The translations under genes were made by a program, and so were the position numbers. From positions 897,160 through 961,159 of the forward strand of contig OY969778.1 in the NCBI GenBank assembly GCA_963703025.1: a stretch of 64,000 nt of DNA, written 5' to 3'. Below, in pieces: positions 39,881 through 54,830 of this stretch (within the stretch, counting starts at the first letter, position 1; each line of letters starts with the position of its first letter). Below the pieces are notes generated by a model, which was given only the letters and a program-made list of their open reading frames with translations, ran no database searches and was not told the origin of the DNA. The stretch comes from an uncultured Pseudomonadota bacterium. Its GTDB lineage: Bacteria > Pseudomonadota > Gammaproteobacteria > Steroidobacterales > Steroidobacteraceae.

Positions 39881-40372
39881 ATGAGCCCGCCCATTCGCCT
39901 TCTGGTGCTCGACGTCGACGGGGTCCTCACGGACGGGCGCCTGTACTTCGGGCCGCGCGGCGAGGCGCTGAAGGTTTTCCACGTGCGCGACGGCTACGGC
40001 CTCGTGCAACTGCGCCGCGCGGGCATCGCGGTGGCGGTCATCTCCGGTCGCCGCTCGCGGATGGTTGCGGTGCGCTGCCGCGAGCTGGGGATCGAGCATG
40101 TGTACCAGGGCGTCGCGGACAAGCTGCCCGTTTTCACGCGCCTGCGCACGCGCTTGAAGCTCACCGCGACCGCCTGTGCGTGCATCGGCGACGACCTTCC
40201 CGACCTGCCGCTGATCAGCGCCGCCGGTCTTAGCTTCGCCGTCGCCGACGCGCACCCGCAGGTGCGCCGCGCCGCCGGGCACGTCACGCGCCTGCCCGGG
40301 GGAGCCGGAGCCGTCCGCGAGGTCTGCGACCTGCTGCTGGCGGCGCACGCGCCGCGGGCGCGCCGCACGTGA
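39881..40372 (+). CDS. kdsC: 3-deoxy-D-manno-octulosonate 8-phosphate phosphatase KdsC (HAD)
   Basis: LLVLDVDGVLTDGRLYF...KVFHVRDGYGL...VAVISGR...IGDDLPDLP. The position between kdsD and lptC is conserved. Confidence 0.88.
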   Translation: MSPPIRLLVLDVDGVLTDGRLYFGPRGEALKVFHVRDGYGLVQLRRAGIAVAVISGRRSRMVAVRCRELGIEHVYQGVADKLPVFTRLRTRLKLTATACACIGDDLPDLPLISAAGLSFAVADAHPQVRRAAGHVTRLPGGAGAVREVCDLLLAAHAPRARRT

Positions 40373-40929
40373 CCTACCGGGTACTTGGCATCCTCGCCTT
40401 CGTGGCCCTGCTGGTGGGGGCGGTCGTGCTGACCGGCGGCCAGCGCGAGAGCGCCGTCCAGGTCACGGTCGAGGAATCCATGCCGGACCCGGGGTATTCG
40501 GCGCGCAAGGCCCACATGGTGCAGACCGCCGCCGACGGGCACCCGCTGTACACACTCGATGCGGCCGAGGTCCAGCAGCAGCCCGGCCAGGACACCGTGA
40601 CCATGCAGCAGGTCCAGTTTGCCTTCCGCGATGACAGTGGCAACGAGTGGACTGCGCGCTCCAATGAGGGCGAGCTGTCCCAGAGCAGCGGCATCGTCAA
40701 GCTTGCCGGCGCGGTGCACGTCAACGGCAAGCTGCCCGGTGCGGCGGAGCCGGCAGACTTGTCGACCGAGCACCTGGCCTTCGACACCCACGCACAGCTG
40801 CTCACGACCGCCGATCCGGTGACCCTGGTGATGTCGGGACGCAAGCTCGACGCGACGGGGATGACCGCAAACTTGAAGGAGAGTCGGGTGCAGCTAGAAT
40901 CGGCGATACATGGCACCTACTTACCTTAG
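40369..40929 (+). CDS. lptC: LPS export system protein LptC
   Basis: N-terminal TM anchor ILAFVALLVGAVVL and a beta-jellyroll-like remainder. It sits at the kdsC-lptC-lptA-lptB position, with 4-nt and 20-nt overlaps with its neighbours. Confidence 0.75.
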   Translation: MTYRVLGILAFVALLVGAVVLTGGQRESAVQVTVEESMPDPGYSARKAHMVQTAADGHPLYTLDAAEVQQQPGQDTVTMQQVQFAFRDDSGNEWTARSNEGELSQSSGIVKLAGAVHVNGKLPGAAEPADLSTEHLAFDTHAQLLTTADPVTLVMSGRKLDATGMTANLKESRVQLESAIHGTYLP

Positions 40930-41677
40930 AACGGCGCTGCTTGCTGCCCTGCTGGCAGGCGCCAGCGCGGCAACACCGGCCGAGGGGCCGGCGGCACCTG
41001 TCGCCGTGCCGGCAGCACCGTCATCGCATTCCGTGCAGCTGATTGACCAGAGCCAGCCGGTGCACGTGGATGCCGCCAACACCGAGGTCGACTACAAGAC
41101 CCAGAAGATGATCTACCACGACATCGTGATCTCCCAGGGCACGATGCGCGTGCAGGCGGACACCGCGCAGGCGACGGGGCTGAACTTCGCCAACAGTACG
41201 TGGACCTTCAGCGGCAACGTGCGCATCGATGCCGAGCCGCGCGGCAAGCTGCGCGCGGACACCGCGGTGGTCGAGTTCAAGGACAACCTCATCGCGCGCG
41301 CCACCGTGGTCGGCAAGCCGGCCCAGTTCGAGCAGAAGCGCGAAGGCTCGAACCAGGTCGCCCGCGGCCACGCCGACAAGATCATCTACGACGTGGCTTC
41401 CACCACGGTGCGCCTGAGCGATGATGCGTGGCTGTCTGACGGGCAGAACGAGATCTCAGGCCCCTTGCTGGTCTACAACATCCAGGCGCAGCGCGTACTG
41501 GGCAGCGGCGGCGCCCACGCTACCATCGTCCCCGGCGACGCACCCGGGGGGCCCGCCCAGCCAGGGCCTGACGGCCGTATCCACATCACGATCGCCCCGA
41601 AGACCACCACCGGCAAGGATGCGTCGAAGGCGCCCCCTGCCACGGACGCGCAGCCGGCGGCGAGCCCGCCCCAATGA
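40910..41677 (+). CDS. lptA: LPS transport periplasmic protein LptA (OstA-like) with Pro/Ala-rich tail
   Basis: Signal peptide [13 protein letters not shown]. OstA-N-like region [37 protein letters not shown]...VRIDAE...ADTAVVEF...[12 protein letters not shown]. It lies between lptC and lptB. Confidence 0.8.
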   Translation: MAPTYLRTALLAALLAGASAATPAEGPAAPVAVPAAPSSHSVQLIDQSQPVHVDAANTEVDYKTQKMIYHDIVISQGTMRVQADTAQATGLNFANSTWTFSGNVRIDAEPRGKLRADTAVVEFKDNLIARATVVGKPAQFEQKREGSNQVARGHADKIIYDVASTTVRLSDDAWLSDGQNEISGPLLVYNIQAQRVLGSGGAHATIVPGDAPGGPAQPGPDGRIHITIAPKTTTGKDASKAPPATDAQPAASPPQ

Positions 41678-42399
41678 CCACTCTCAAAGCTTCAGGCCTG
41701 GCGAAGAGCTACAAGAAGCGCCAGGTCGTACACGACCTGTCGATCGAGGTCTCCAACGGGGAGGTCGTGGGCCTGCTGGGTCCCAACGGCGCCGGCAAGA
41801 CCACCGCGTTCTACATGATCGTGGGGCTGGTGCCCTGCGATGCCGGCCGGATCGTCCTGGGTGACCAGGACGTGACGCTGCTGCCGATGCACCGCCGCGC
41901 GCAGCTGGGCCTGGGGTACCTGCCGCAGGAGGCCTCGATATTCCGCAAGCTGTCGGTCGAGGACAACGTGATGGCGATCCTGGAGACGCGCCCGGACATG
42001 GAGCGCGCCGCGCGCGAGCATCGCCTCGAGCAGCTGCTGGAGGAGCTGCGCATCGGCCACGTACGCAAGAGCCTGGGCATCGCCTTGTCCGGCGGCGAGC
42101 GCCGGCGCGTGGAGATCGCGCGCGCCCTGGCGGCCGAGCCGCGCTTCATGCTGCTGGACGAGCCGTTTGCCGGCGTCGACCCGCTCTCGGTGCTCGACAT
42201 CCAGCGCATCATCCGCGAGCTGACGCAGCGCGGCATCGGCGTGCTCATTACTGACCATAATGTGCGCGAGACCCTGGGGGTCTGCAAGCGCGCCTACATC
42301 GTCAATCAGGGCACCGTAATCGCCGCGGGCAGTGCCGAAGAAGTCCTTGCCAACCCCCAAGTCCGTGAGGTGTACTTGGGTGAGTCCTTCAAGCTTTGA
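41674..42399 (+). CDS. lptB: LPS export ABC transporter ATPase LptB
   Basis: Walker [13 protein letters not shown], signature [15 protein letters not shown] and Walker [13 protein letters not shown]. 241 aa, intact. Confidence 0.93.
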   Translation: MTTLKASGLAKSYKKRQVVHDLSIEVSNGEVVGLLGPNGAGKTTAFYMIVGLVPCDAGRIVLGDQDVTLLPMHRRAQLGLGYLPQEASIFRKLSVEDNVMAILETRPDMERAAREHRLEQLLEELRIGHVRKSLGIALSGGERRRVEIARALAAEPRFMLLDEPFAGVDPLSVLDIQRIIRELTQRGIGVLITDHNVRETLGVCKRAYIVNQGTVIAAGSAEEVLANPQVREVYLGESFKL

Positions 42400-42489
42400 G
42401 CCACCCAAGAGATACGCGCTAATCCCTTATTTTTCAGTAAATTACCCAATGAAATCGGAAAGGCTGCCATTAGTCTTTCGCACCTCGCC

Positions 42490-43927
42490 ATGCTGAAACC
42501 CTCCCTGCAGCTAAAGCTGGGTCAGACCCTTACGATGACCCCACAGCTGCAGCAGGCTATCCGGCTTCTGCAGATGCCGGCCCTGGAGCTGCAGGCTCAC
42601 ATCCGCGAGCTTCTCGAGCAGAACGTCATGCTGGAGCCCCTGGAGGACTCCGAGCAAACCGGCACCTTCGAGACCCTGGTCACCGCCGCCGAGCAGGCCA
42701 AGAACACCGAGCGCAGCACCGAGAGCAGCGTCGAGGTGCTGGACGAAAGCTGGGATACCCGCGGCGCCGGACCCGCCGAGACCCCCTGGAACTCGGACGA
42801 CGACGAGCGCCAGCAGGAGTACGCCGATGACGGCGGCCAGTCCCTGCAGGACCACCTGCTGTGGCAGCTGGAGCTGGCGAGCCTGGCGCCGCGCGAGCTC
42901 GCCATCGCCCGCGCGATCGTGGATGCGATCAGCGATGACGGCTACATCAGCGAGTCACTCGAGGAGATCGCCCTCACCCTGCGGCCGGAGCTGGAGAGCA
43001 GCCGCCGAGGAGGTCGCGAGCGTGCTCACCGTGGTGCAGGCGCTGGATCCCCCCGGGGTCGGCGCACGCTCGGTGGGCGAGTGCATCGAGCTGCAGCTGC
43101 GCCAGCTGGACCCGGCAACCCCGGGCTTCGCCACGGCGATCCAGATCGCCCGCCACCACCTGGAGCTGGTGGCCGGACGGGAACTGTCACTGCTGCGGCG
43201 CGAGCTGCGCGCCACCGAGGAGGAGCTCAGCAGCGCGCTCGCGCTGGTGCGCTCGTGCCATCCGCGCCCGGGCTCCACCGTCAGCGCCGGCAACGCGCAA
43301 TACGTCGTACCGGACGTATTCGTGCGCCGCACCGAGCATGGCTGGGGGGTGGAGCTGAACCCCGCGACACTGCCGCGCGTGCGCCTGAACCAGGGCTACG
43401 CCAGCCTCATCGGCCGCAACGCGAGCCACGCCACCATGCGCACGCAGCTGCAGGAGGCACGCTGGCTGCTGAAGAGCCTGGAGATCCGCCACGAGACGCT
43501 GATCAAGGTGGCCCGCTCGATCATCGAACGGCAGACCGCCTTCCTCGAGCATGGCGACGAGCACATGCGGCCGATGATCCTCAAGGACATCGCCGAAGCG
43601 GTCACCATGCACGAGTCGACCATCTCGCGCGTGACCTCCGGCAAGTACATGCACACCCCGCGCGGGGTGTTCGAGCTGCGCTATTTCTTCTCAAGCCAGG
43701 TCGAGGGCGCGGATGGCTCGGGCACCTCATCGACCGCCATCCGCGCCAAGATCCGCAAGCTCGTCAAGGACGAGGACACCGAAAGCCCCTTCAGCGACGG
43801 CCGCATCGCCGAACTGCTGTCCGCGGAAGGCATCCCGGTGGCGCGCCGCACGGTCGCCAAGTATCGCGAGGCGATGGGTATCGCCGCCTCAAACGAACGA
43901 CGCCGCATGGGAACGAAGCCCATGTAA
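42490..43927 (+). pseudogene. rpoN: RNA polymerase sigma-54 factor RpoN; frame break near 42990
   Basis: Region I MLKPSLQLKLGQTLTMTPQLQQAIRLLQMPALELQ. After ...LRPELESS the frame shifts. The second fragment (42827-43927 frame) carries ...VQALDPPGVGARSVGECIELQL..., MHESTISRVTSGKYMHTPRGVFELRYFF and the RpoN box ARRTVAKYRE. Confidence 0.9.
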
Positions 43928-43977
43928 GCACAGTCCAAGAATCAGTGAAGATGGCACACAACAAACAGGAGACGGCT

Positions 43978-44295
43978 ATGCAGCTCAACGTCACCGGCCA
44001 TCACGTAGAAGTCACCGCATCAATGCGCGGCTACGTGGAAAAGAAGTTCGAACGCATCGGCAGGCACTTCGACCAGGTCATCGACATGCACTGCGTACTG
44101 ACCGTGGAGAAGCTGCGCAAGAAGGCCGAGGCGACGCTGCACGTGAGTGGCAGCGCGATCCATGCGGACGCCACCAAGGAGGACATGTACGCGGCCATCG
44201 ACAGCCTGGCCGACAAGCTCGACCGGCGCATCAAGAAGCACAAGGAAAAGCGCGCCGACCACCGCGCCGCCGAGGCGCGGGCCCTGAAGATGTAA
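43978..44295 (+). CDS. hpf: Ribosome hibernation promoting factor (short HPF/YhbH type, 105 aa)
   Basis: MQLNVTGHHVEVTASMRGYVEKKFERIGRHFDQVIDMHCVLTVEK...ATLHVSGSAIHADATKEDMYAAIDSLADKLDRRIKKHKEK. AGGAG lies 7 nt upstream. It sits immediately after rpoN. Confidence 0.88.
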   Translation: MQLNVTGHHVEVTASMRGYVEKKFERIGRHFDQVIDMHCVLTVEKLRKKAEATLHVSGSAIHADATKEDMYAAIDSLADKLDRRIKKHKEKRADHRAAEARALKM

Positions 44296-44370
44296 AGACC
44301 GCCTCCAGGCCCTGGCGCAGCCGCGGCGGCCGGGGCTTGCAACGCTGCCGCCTGCGGCTACCATTGGCTG

Positions 44371-45300
44371 GTGCGCATCATCATCCTCAGTGGGCTGTCC
44401 GGCTCCGGCAAGAGCGTGGCTCTGCACATGCTCGAGGACTTCGGCTTCTACTGCATCGACAACATCCCCGCGGCGCTGCTGAAGTCCTTCATGTCCTACA
44501 CGGTGCGCAGCCCCGAGCCGCGCTACGAGCGCACCGCGATCGGGCTGGATGCGCGCAACACCGCCGCCGAGATCGCCAGCGTTCCGAAGCTCATCGATGA
44601 GCTCAAGCGCAGCGGCATGCAGTGCGAGGTGGTGTTCCTCATCGCCGCCGACGAGGAGCTGCTGCGCCGCTTTGCCGAGACCCGCCGCAAGCACCCGATG
44701 GCGCGCAGCAACATCGACCTGCGCGAGGCGATGGCGCTGGAGCGCGAGCTGCTCGAGCCGATCGCCTCCATCGCCGACCTGCTGATCGACACCTCGCGCA
44801 TGGGGGTGCACGCGCTGCGCGACATCATCCACCAGCGCGTCGAGCAGCGCACCGCGGGGCGCCTGTCCATCACCTTCGAGTCCTTCGGCTTCAAGCACGG
44901 CATTCCCGGCGACGCCGACTTCGTCTTCGATGCCCGCTCGCTGCCGAATCCCTACTGGGAGCCCGGGCTGCGCAACCTCAACGGCCGCGACCCCGAGGTC
45001 GTCCGCTTCCTGGAGACGCACACCACATGTCAAAGCGCTGGTCGAGCGACATCGCGCGCTTCATCCGCGCCCGCATCCCCGAGTACCAGGCGAGCAATCG
45101 CGGCTACCTCACCGTGGCGGTCGGCTGCACCGGCGGGCAGCACCGCTCGGTCTACATCGTCGACCGGCTGGCGGAGATCTTCGCCGCGGAGTTCGACGAG
45201 CGTCACCGCGCGCCACAGCGGCCTGCCTGGCGCGAAGCTCTTCCTGCCACGGCCGCACAGCGCCGACGCCGGCAGCAGCGCACCGGAAGCGGTGAAGTAG
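44371..45300 (+). pseudogene. rapZ: RNase adapter protein RapZ (YhbJ); about three frame breaks in the 3' third
   Basis: GTG start. VRIIILSGLSGSGKSVALHMLEDFGFYCIDNIP (Walker A), ...FESFGFKHGIPGDADFVFDARSLPNPYWEP. In other frames it reads HVKALVERH, IPEYQASNRGYLTVAVGCTGGQHRSVYIVDRLAEIF and VTARHSGL. The exact 3' end is uncertain. Confidence 0.82.
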
Positions 45301-46497
45301 GCGCTCAGGTCGCCTGCGCGACCCCCGGCGAGGTCATCACCTGCGGCAGCTTCTCGCCGCTCATGAAGGCCATGAGCGCGGTGCGCGCCTCCATCGCGTC
45401 GCGATAGCCCAGCTCGATCAGCGCCCGCGTGTAGCCGGCCTCGAACATCAGGTAGCTGGCCAGCTGGAAGCCTGACTGCGTCGCGCCCGCCGATCACGCG
45501 CAGCAGCGCCCGCAGGCCGCCCGGCATCGCGGCGATGTGCCGGGCGGCGATCTCGCGCGGATCGACGCTCGGCGCCATCATCAGCGTCTCGATGGTGCGC
45601 TCGCCGTGGGGCGCCTGCGGCGCGCAGCGCACCAGCTCGTTCATGCGCTCGAGCTGCTCGAGATCGCCGTAGATCTGGTCGGTGAACAAGGTATCGAGCA
45701 TGTAGCCGAAGATCTCCCCGGGGCTCGGCAGCACCGTGGTGCGGCGGTTCACGGTGCACGCCGGCATCGCGCGCGGGCGCGCACGCCGATCACCAGCAGG
45801 CGATCGGCGCCCAGGTGGATCGCGGGACTCAAGCGGATGCAGCTGGCGCATGGCGCCGTCGCCGAAGATACTCATCGCCCAGCCGCATCGGCGGAAACAA
45901 CAGCGGGATCGCCGCGCTCGCCATCAGGTGATCGAGCGACAGTTCGGTGCGCCGGCCGACGCGCTGCACGCGCGACCAGTCCTGGATGGAATCGACGCCG
46001 TCGTAGAAGGACAACCGAGTGCCCGGTGGCGTAGCTGGTGGCACACAGCGCGAAGGCGCGCAGATGGCCGCGCGCGATGCTGCGGCGGATGCCGGCGCAG
46101 TCCACGTGCACGCTCAGCAGCTCGCGCAGCGGGGAGTTGTCGAGCATCGACTTCGGCGGCGCCAGCACCAGGCCGCCGGACAGCAGCGACAGCACCCAGT
46201 GGGCACCGGCGCGCAGCATGTGGCCGGTGTCGACATGGAACACCTGGCTCGAGCGGAAGTTCGCCCAGACGCGCTCGAGGCCCGCAATCGCGCGGCGCCA
46301 CTGGTGCGCCTCGGCGGCAAGCACGCTGGCGGCGACCGCCCCGGCCGAGGTGCCGACGATGACCTGGAAGGGATTGCGCGCGCGCGGCAGGAACTCCGCC
46401 AGCGCCAGGAGCACCCCGACCTGGTAGGCCGAGCGCGAGCCGCCGCCGGTCAGCACCAGCCCGACGGTTGGCCGCAGCCCGGGGCGCGATGCCGAGT

Positions 46498-47804
<1,307 letters not shown>

Positions 47805-47818
47805 GCGCAGTGGCCCCT

Positions 47819-48673
47819 TCAGCGCGCGCGGCGGTTCAGGAACACCAGCTGCTCGAACAGGTGCACGTCCTGCTCGTTCTTCAGCAGCGCGCCGTGCAGG
47901 ATCGGGATGGTCTTCTTCGGGTCGCCGCCGCGCAGCGCCTCCGGGGTCGATGTCCTCGGCCACCAGCAGCTTGATCCAGTCGAGCAGCTCGGAGGTCGAG
48001 GGCTTCTTCTTCAGTCCCGGCGTCTCGCGCACCTCGAAGAAGGCACCCAGCGCCTCCGCCAGCAGGTCCTTCTTCAGACCCGGGAAAGTGCACCTCGACG
48101 ATGGCGCGCATGGTGTCCTCGTCCGGGAAGCGGATGTAGTGGAAGAAGCAGCGGCGCAGGAAGGCATCCGGCAGCTCCTTCTCGTTGTTGCTGGTGATGA
48201 GGATGATCGGACGGTGCCGCGCCTGGATGAGCTCGCGCGTCTCGTAGACGTAGAACTCCATCCGGTCGAGCTCGCGCAGCAGATCGTTCGGGAACTCGAT
48301 GTCGGCCTTGTCGATCTCGTCGATCAGCAGCACCGGCTGCACGTGCGACTCGAACGCCTCCCACAGCCGGCCCTTGACGATGTAGTTGCGGATGTCGTGG
48401 ACGCGGGCATCGCCCAGCTGCGAGTCGCGCAGGCGCGACACCGCGTCGTACTCGTACAGGCCCTGCTGCGCCTTGCTGGTCGACTTGATGTGCCACTCGT
48501 ACAGCGGCCGCGCCGAGCGAGCGGGCAATCTCCTGGGCGAGCTGCGTCTTGCCGGTGCCCGGCTCGCCCTTGATGAGCAGCGGCCGCGCCAGCGTGATGG
48601 CGGCGTTCACCGCCATCATCAGTTCGTCGGTGGCGATGTAGCGGTCGGTGCCGGTAAAGCGTTGATTCGTCAT
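47819..48673 (-). pseudogene. MoxR/CbbQ-like AAA+ ATPase (about 284 aa); frame breaks
   Basis: ATG 48673 gives MTNQRFTGTDRYIATDELMMAVNAAITLARPLLIKGEPGTGKTQLAQEIA (Walker A). PVLLIDEIDKADIEFPNDLLRELDRMEF (Walker B), ILITSNNEKELPDAFLRRCFFHYIRFP and ...PSTSELLDWIKLLV follow. Stop TGA 47819-47821 lies 14 nt before the VWA start. Confidence 0.8.
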
Positions 48674-48747
48674 GATGCGCAGTCTAACCGCGAACCCGGC
48701 AGGCACGGGAATACCCCATCCGGTAGTGCCGCGGCACCACCCACCGC

Positions 48748-51154
48748 TTAGTTGGGCGTCAGTATCAGAGTGTGCTCGGGCAGGCCCGGGCAACAGCGGC
48801 AGCGGCTCGCCGCGCGCCCAGCCGAGAAAGCCTGCACGGTAATAGGGCGACAGCGGATGGCCGCTCTGGCCGCCCGGCAGCGTGAGGTATGCCTGGTCCT
48901 CGTGGCCGGGGGATACGGCGAATCGCTCCGAGGCGCCGAACGCGCCCTCCTGAACGCGCGGCATGTCTTCATCGCCGGGCAGCTCAAGCGTCGGCATGTC
49001 GAGGAATCCGGACAGTCCGGGCAGCGCGCCGGAGAGCGGGTGCCGGATGCGCACCGGGCTGCGCTGTCCCCAGGTGCAGTGCTCCAGCTGCAGGACAGCG
49101 TGTCGCCGAGGTCCGCGATGGTCGCGTCCAGCTGCGCGCGCAGGAACTGCGGCCAGTCCGCATAGTTGCTCGCCAGCATGTGCAGCGGCTGGCTCGTCAC
49201 GAGCTGCCACAGCGGCCCTTCGAACTGCGACGGCGGATCGTGCTCCTCGTCGGCCGGCATGCCGAGGCCCTGCAGAACCATGTCCCAGACCGCCTGCTGC
49301 GTGCGCTCGTGGAAGGCGCGCACCAGGCGATAGCCGACCGAGTCGACGCTGGCGCGGGCGTCCCAGCTGGCCACGAGGCGCGCGGAACTGCGCGCGCCGC
49401 GGATGCCCGCGCAGGCTCGGGTCATCCAGCACCGCCAGGGCAAGCCCCTGCCAGCGGCTCAGGAACAAGCGCGCGGTCATCGAGCTGGATCCGCAGCATG
49501 TCGGCCGGGGTCACGCTGCCCTTGAGCGCGAGCAGGTCATCGCGGATCTGGCTGGCGCGCGCGCCGAGGTCGTACTCGGCGCCCGAGCGGTGGCGAGGTT
49601 GCCGCCGATCAGCTGCCAGCTGGCGCTGGCTCCGAGGCGACGCGCGCGTTGGCGGTCCACAGGCGCGCTAAGCGGCGGGTCGATGATGCGCGGGTGGTCC
49701 GCCGTGGTGGTCCAGGCGCCCTCGCGCCGTGCGCGATCCGCGCCTGTGTCCTCGGGGATGCGCCCGAAGATGGTCCAGCCGATGTGGCCCTCGCGGTCGC
49801 CCACCACGAGGTTCTGGTGCGGGATGCCGACCTGCGGGCGCAAGGGCCAGCGCCTGCGTCGACGGTGGTCGCGTGCTCGAGCAGCATGAGGTTCATGTTG
49901 GTGGCCTCCGGGCAGCTGCGCCAGCCAGGCGCCGAACCAGCAGGCGTGTGCCGGCAGGCTCCGTGCGCACCAGTACCCCCAGCGCGCCGGACTGCACATC
50001 CAGCGTTGCGGTCGGCCCGCCCTTCACCTGGATCTCCTCGCGCGACGCTGTGCAGCGGCACCGGCCCGCTGGGCGTGTCCATTTCCTGCGTCGTAACGGC
50101 GGTGCACTCCACGCGCGAGACGTCCAGCCAGTCGCCGTAGCTGTTGGTGAAGCCCCAGGCGATGTGGCCGTTGGAGCCGGCGACCAGTAGCGGGGCTCCC
50201 GGCAGCGTGACCCCGTTCAGGTCAAGGCTCTGCGCACCGGTGACCTTCGCAGGCGCGCGTGGTACCAGATGGTTGGCACGCGCTGGCCCAGGTGCATGTC
50301 GTTGGCCACCAGCGCCGACGCCGGTCGTGGTCAGCGCGCCGCCGACTGCCCAGTTGTTGCTGCCGACCACCGGGACGCTCAGCGGCCGGGTGGGCTCGTG
50401 ACTGACCGGCGCCGCACGCACATTGAGCACCTGCGGGCCCGGGATAGTGACCTGCGCCGCAACGTTGCCGGGCGCGACACCCGCCGGTGCGTCCCAGCCG
50501 GTGCCCGGTGGGTAGAAGAACGACAGCGCACACTTCCAGCCGTCCTCGCACTGCGGCCCGCCGAGGCGCTCGTTGACCTCGCGGCGCAGGATCGCGCGGC
50601 GCAGGCCGCTGGCCTGCAGGTCCCACCACATCGCGTAGACCACGAGGATGCTGTCCTCGCCGCGCCACTGCGCGGGGCGCTGGCCTAGCAGCCAGTACTC
50701 CCACGGCCGCGCGGACAGCGCGGCAAGCCCGGCATTCACGCCCTGGGCATACGCATCCATCACCGCGCGCTGTTCGGGGCTGGCCTGCTCCAACACCGTG
50801 CGCGCGACGGAGCGGAACCTGAACAGGCGCGCGATGCGGTCCTGCCCGAGCGCCACGGTCCCGAACAGTTCCGACAGTTCACCGGCGGCCAGGCGGCGCG
50901 ACAGGTCCATCTCGAAGAAGCGATCCTGCGCATGCAGGTAACCGGTGGCGAAGGCCAGGTCCGCGCGGCTGCTGGCCTCGATGGTCGGCACCCCGCGCGC
51001 GTCGCGGCTGATGTGCACCGGGGCGCTGAGGCCTGCCTGCGCGAGCGTGCCGTCCAGCGGTGGCAGCGAGCCGCGCAGGGCAATGAACCCCAGCACCAGC
51101 AGCACGACCACGATGAGCGCCCAGCGCCGCCGCGATGACTTTCAGCTTGCGCAT
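48748..51154 (-). pseudogene. Penicillin/AHL-acylase family Ntn-hydrolase (peptidase S45); frame breaks
   Basis: ATG 51154 gives MRKLKVIAAALGA... (membrane/signal segment). It carries RDARGVPTIEASSRADLAFATGYLHAQDRFFEMDLSRR and the beta-subunit nucleophile context VVGSNNWAVGG. It also has PLLVAGSNGHIAWGFTNSYGD and the C-terminal LPGGQSGHPLSPYYRAGF...EHTLILTPN. Confidence 0.8.
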
Positions 51155-51165
51155 GGGCGGGGCTT

Positions 51166-52631
51166 TCAGTCGAGGGTGACCTTGAGGATCTGCATGGAGT
51201 TGGTGCCACCCTGGCACTCCGTAGGCCTCGCCCTTGGTGAGGATGACCAGGTCGTTGCAGTTCACCAGGCGCAGCTCCAGCAGGCGTGTGAACAGCGCCC
51301 GGTACAACGCGGCGGTCGAGGCGCCCACCGCCGTCACGTCGAAGATGACCGGGTACACGCCGCGGTACAGGGTGACGCGGCGCCGGGTCGCCTCGTGCTT
51401 GGTGAAGGCGTAGACCGGGATATCCGAGCGGATGCGCGACATCCACAGCGGCGTCTCGCCCGACTCGGTCAGGGCCACGACCGCGCGCAGCTTCATGTGG
51501 TTGGCGGTGTAGATGACCGCCATCGCGATGGCTTCCTCGGTGCCCTTGAACAGCTGCCCCTCGACCGCGCGCTGGCGCCAGCGCGGATGGGTGAGCTGGT
51601 ACTTCTCCGCGCCCTCGATGACCTGGGCCATCGCCTGCACGGCCTTGACCGGGTAGCGTCCCGCGGCGGTCTCCGCCGACAGCATGACCGCATCGGTGCC
51701 GTCCATGACGGCGTTGGCGACGTCGCTGACTTCGGCGCGCGTCGGCAGCGGGTTCTGGATCATCGACTCCATCATCTGCGTCGCGGTGATCACCACGCGG
51801 TTGCGCGTGCGGCTCTCCTGGATGATCGTCTTCTGCAACCCGGTGAGCTCGGCATAGCCCATCTCCACGCCCAGGTCGCCGCGGGCGACCATGACGACAT
51901 CCGAGGCGTCGATGATCTCCCCGAGGTTGTCGATCGCCTCGTGGCGCTCGATCTTGGCGACGATGCGCGCAAAGCCGCCGGCCTCGCGCACCAGCGCTGC
52001 GCGCCAGATGGATGTCCGCGGCCGAGCGCGCGAACGACACCGCGACATAGTCGATGCCCTGCGCCGCGGCCCACTTGATGTCCTCGAAATCCCGCTCGGC
52101 CAGCGCCGGGGCCGAGATGCCGCCGCCCTGGCGGTTCACGCCCTTGCGGTCCGACAGCTCGCCGCCGACGCGCACGCGCGTATCGATGGTGGTAGCCGTC
52201 GACGCGCTCGACGTCCAGCACGATCTGCCCATCGTTCAGCAGCAGCGTGTCCCCGGCGGACGACATCGCGCGGCAGGTCCTCGTAGGCGCAGCCGACCGC
52301 CTCAACGGTGCCCGCCTTGGGGTCCAGCGCGGTATCGAGGCGGAAGGGCGCCCCCTCGAGGAGCATGACCGGGCCGTCCCTGAAACCCTCGATGCGGATC
52401 TTAGGGCCGCCCAGGTCCAGCAGGACACCGACCGAGCGGTCGGCGCCGCGGGCCGCCTGCCGCACCATCCCCAGGCGCCGCAGGCGATCGTCAACGCTGC
52501 CGTGCGAGGCATTCAGGCGCACCACGTCCACGCCGGCGCGCATCATCTGCGCCATCACCTCCAGGTCGTCGGTGGCAGGGCCTGCCGTGGCGACGATCTT
52601 GGCGCGGCGCAATTGGTGCTGCAGCGGGTCC

Positions 52632-52639
<8 letters not shown>
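51166..52639 (-). pseudogene. pyk: Pyruvate kinase; frame breaks
   Basis: LRRAKIVATAGPATDDLEVMAQMMRAGVDVVRLNASHG, VGVLLDLGGPKIR, ARIVAKIERHEAIDNLGEIIDASDVVMVARGDLGVEMG, ATQMMESMIQNPLPTRAEVSDVANAVMDGTDAVMLSAETAAG. The inferred end is ...MQILKVTLD-TGA (51166-51168). The start (GTG 52639 or 52645) overlaps the end of pgk. Confidence 0.88.
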
Positions 52640-54825
<2,186 letters not shown>

Positions 54826-54830
54826 AGCCT

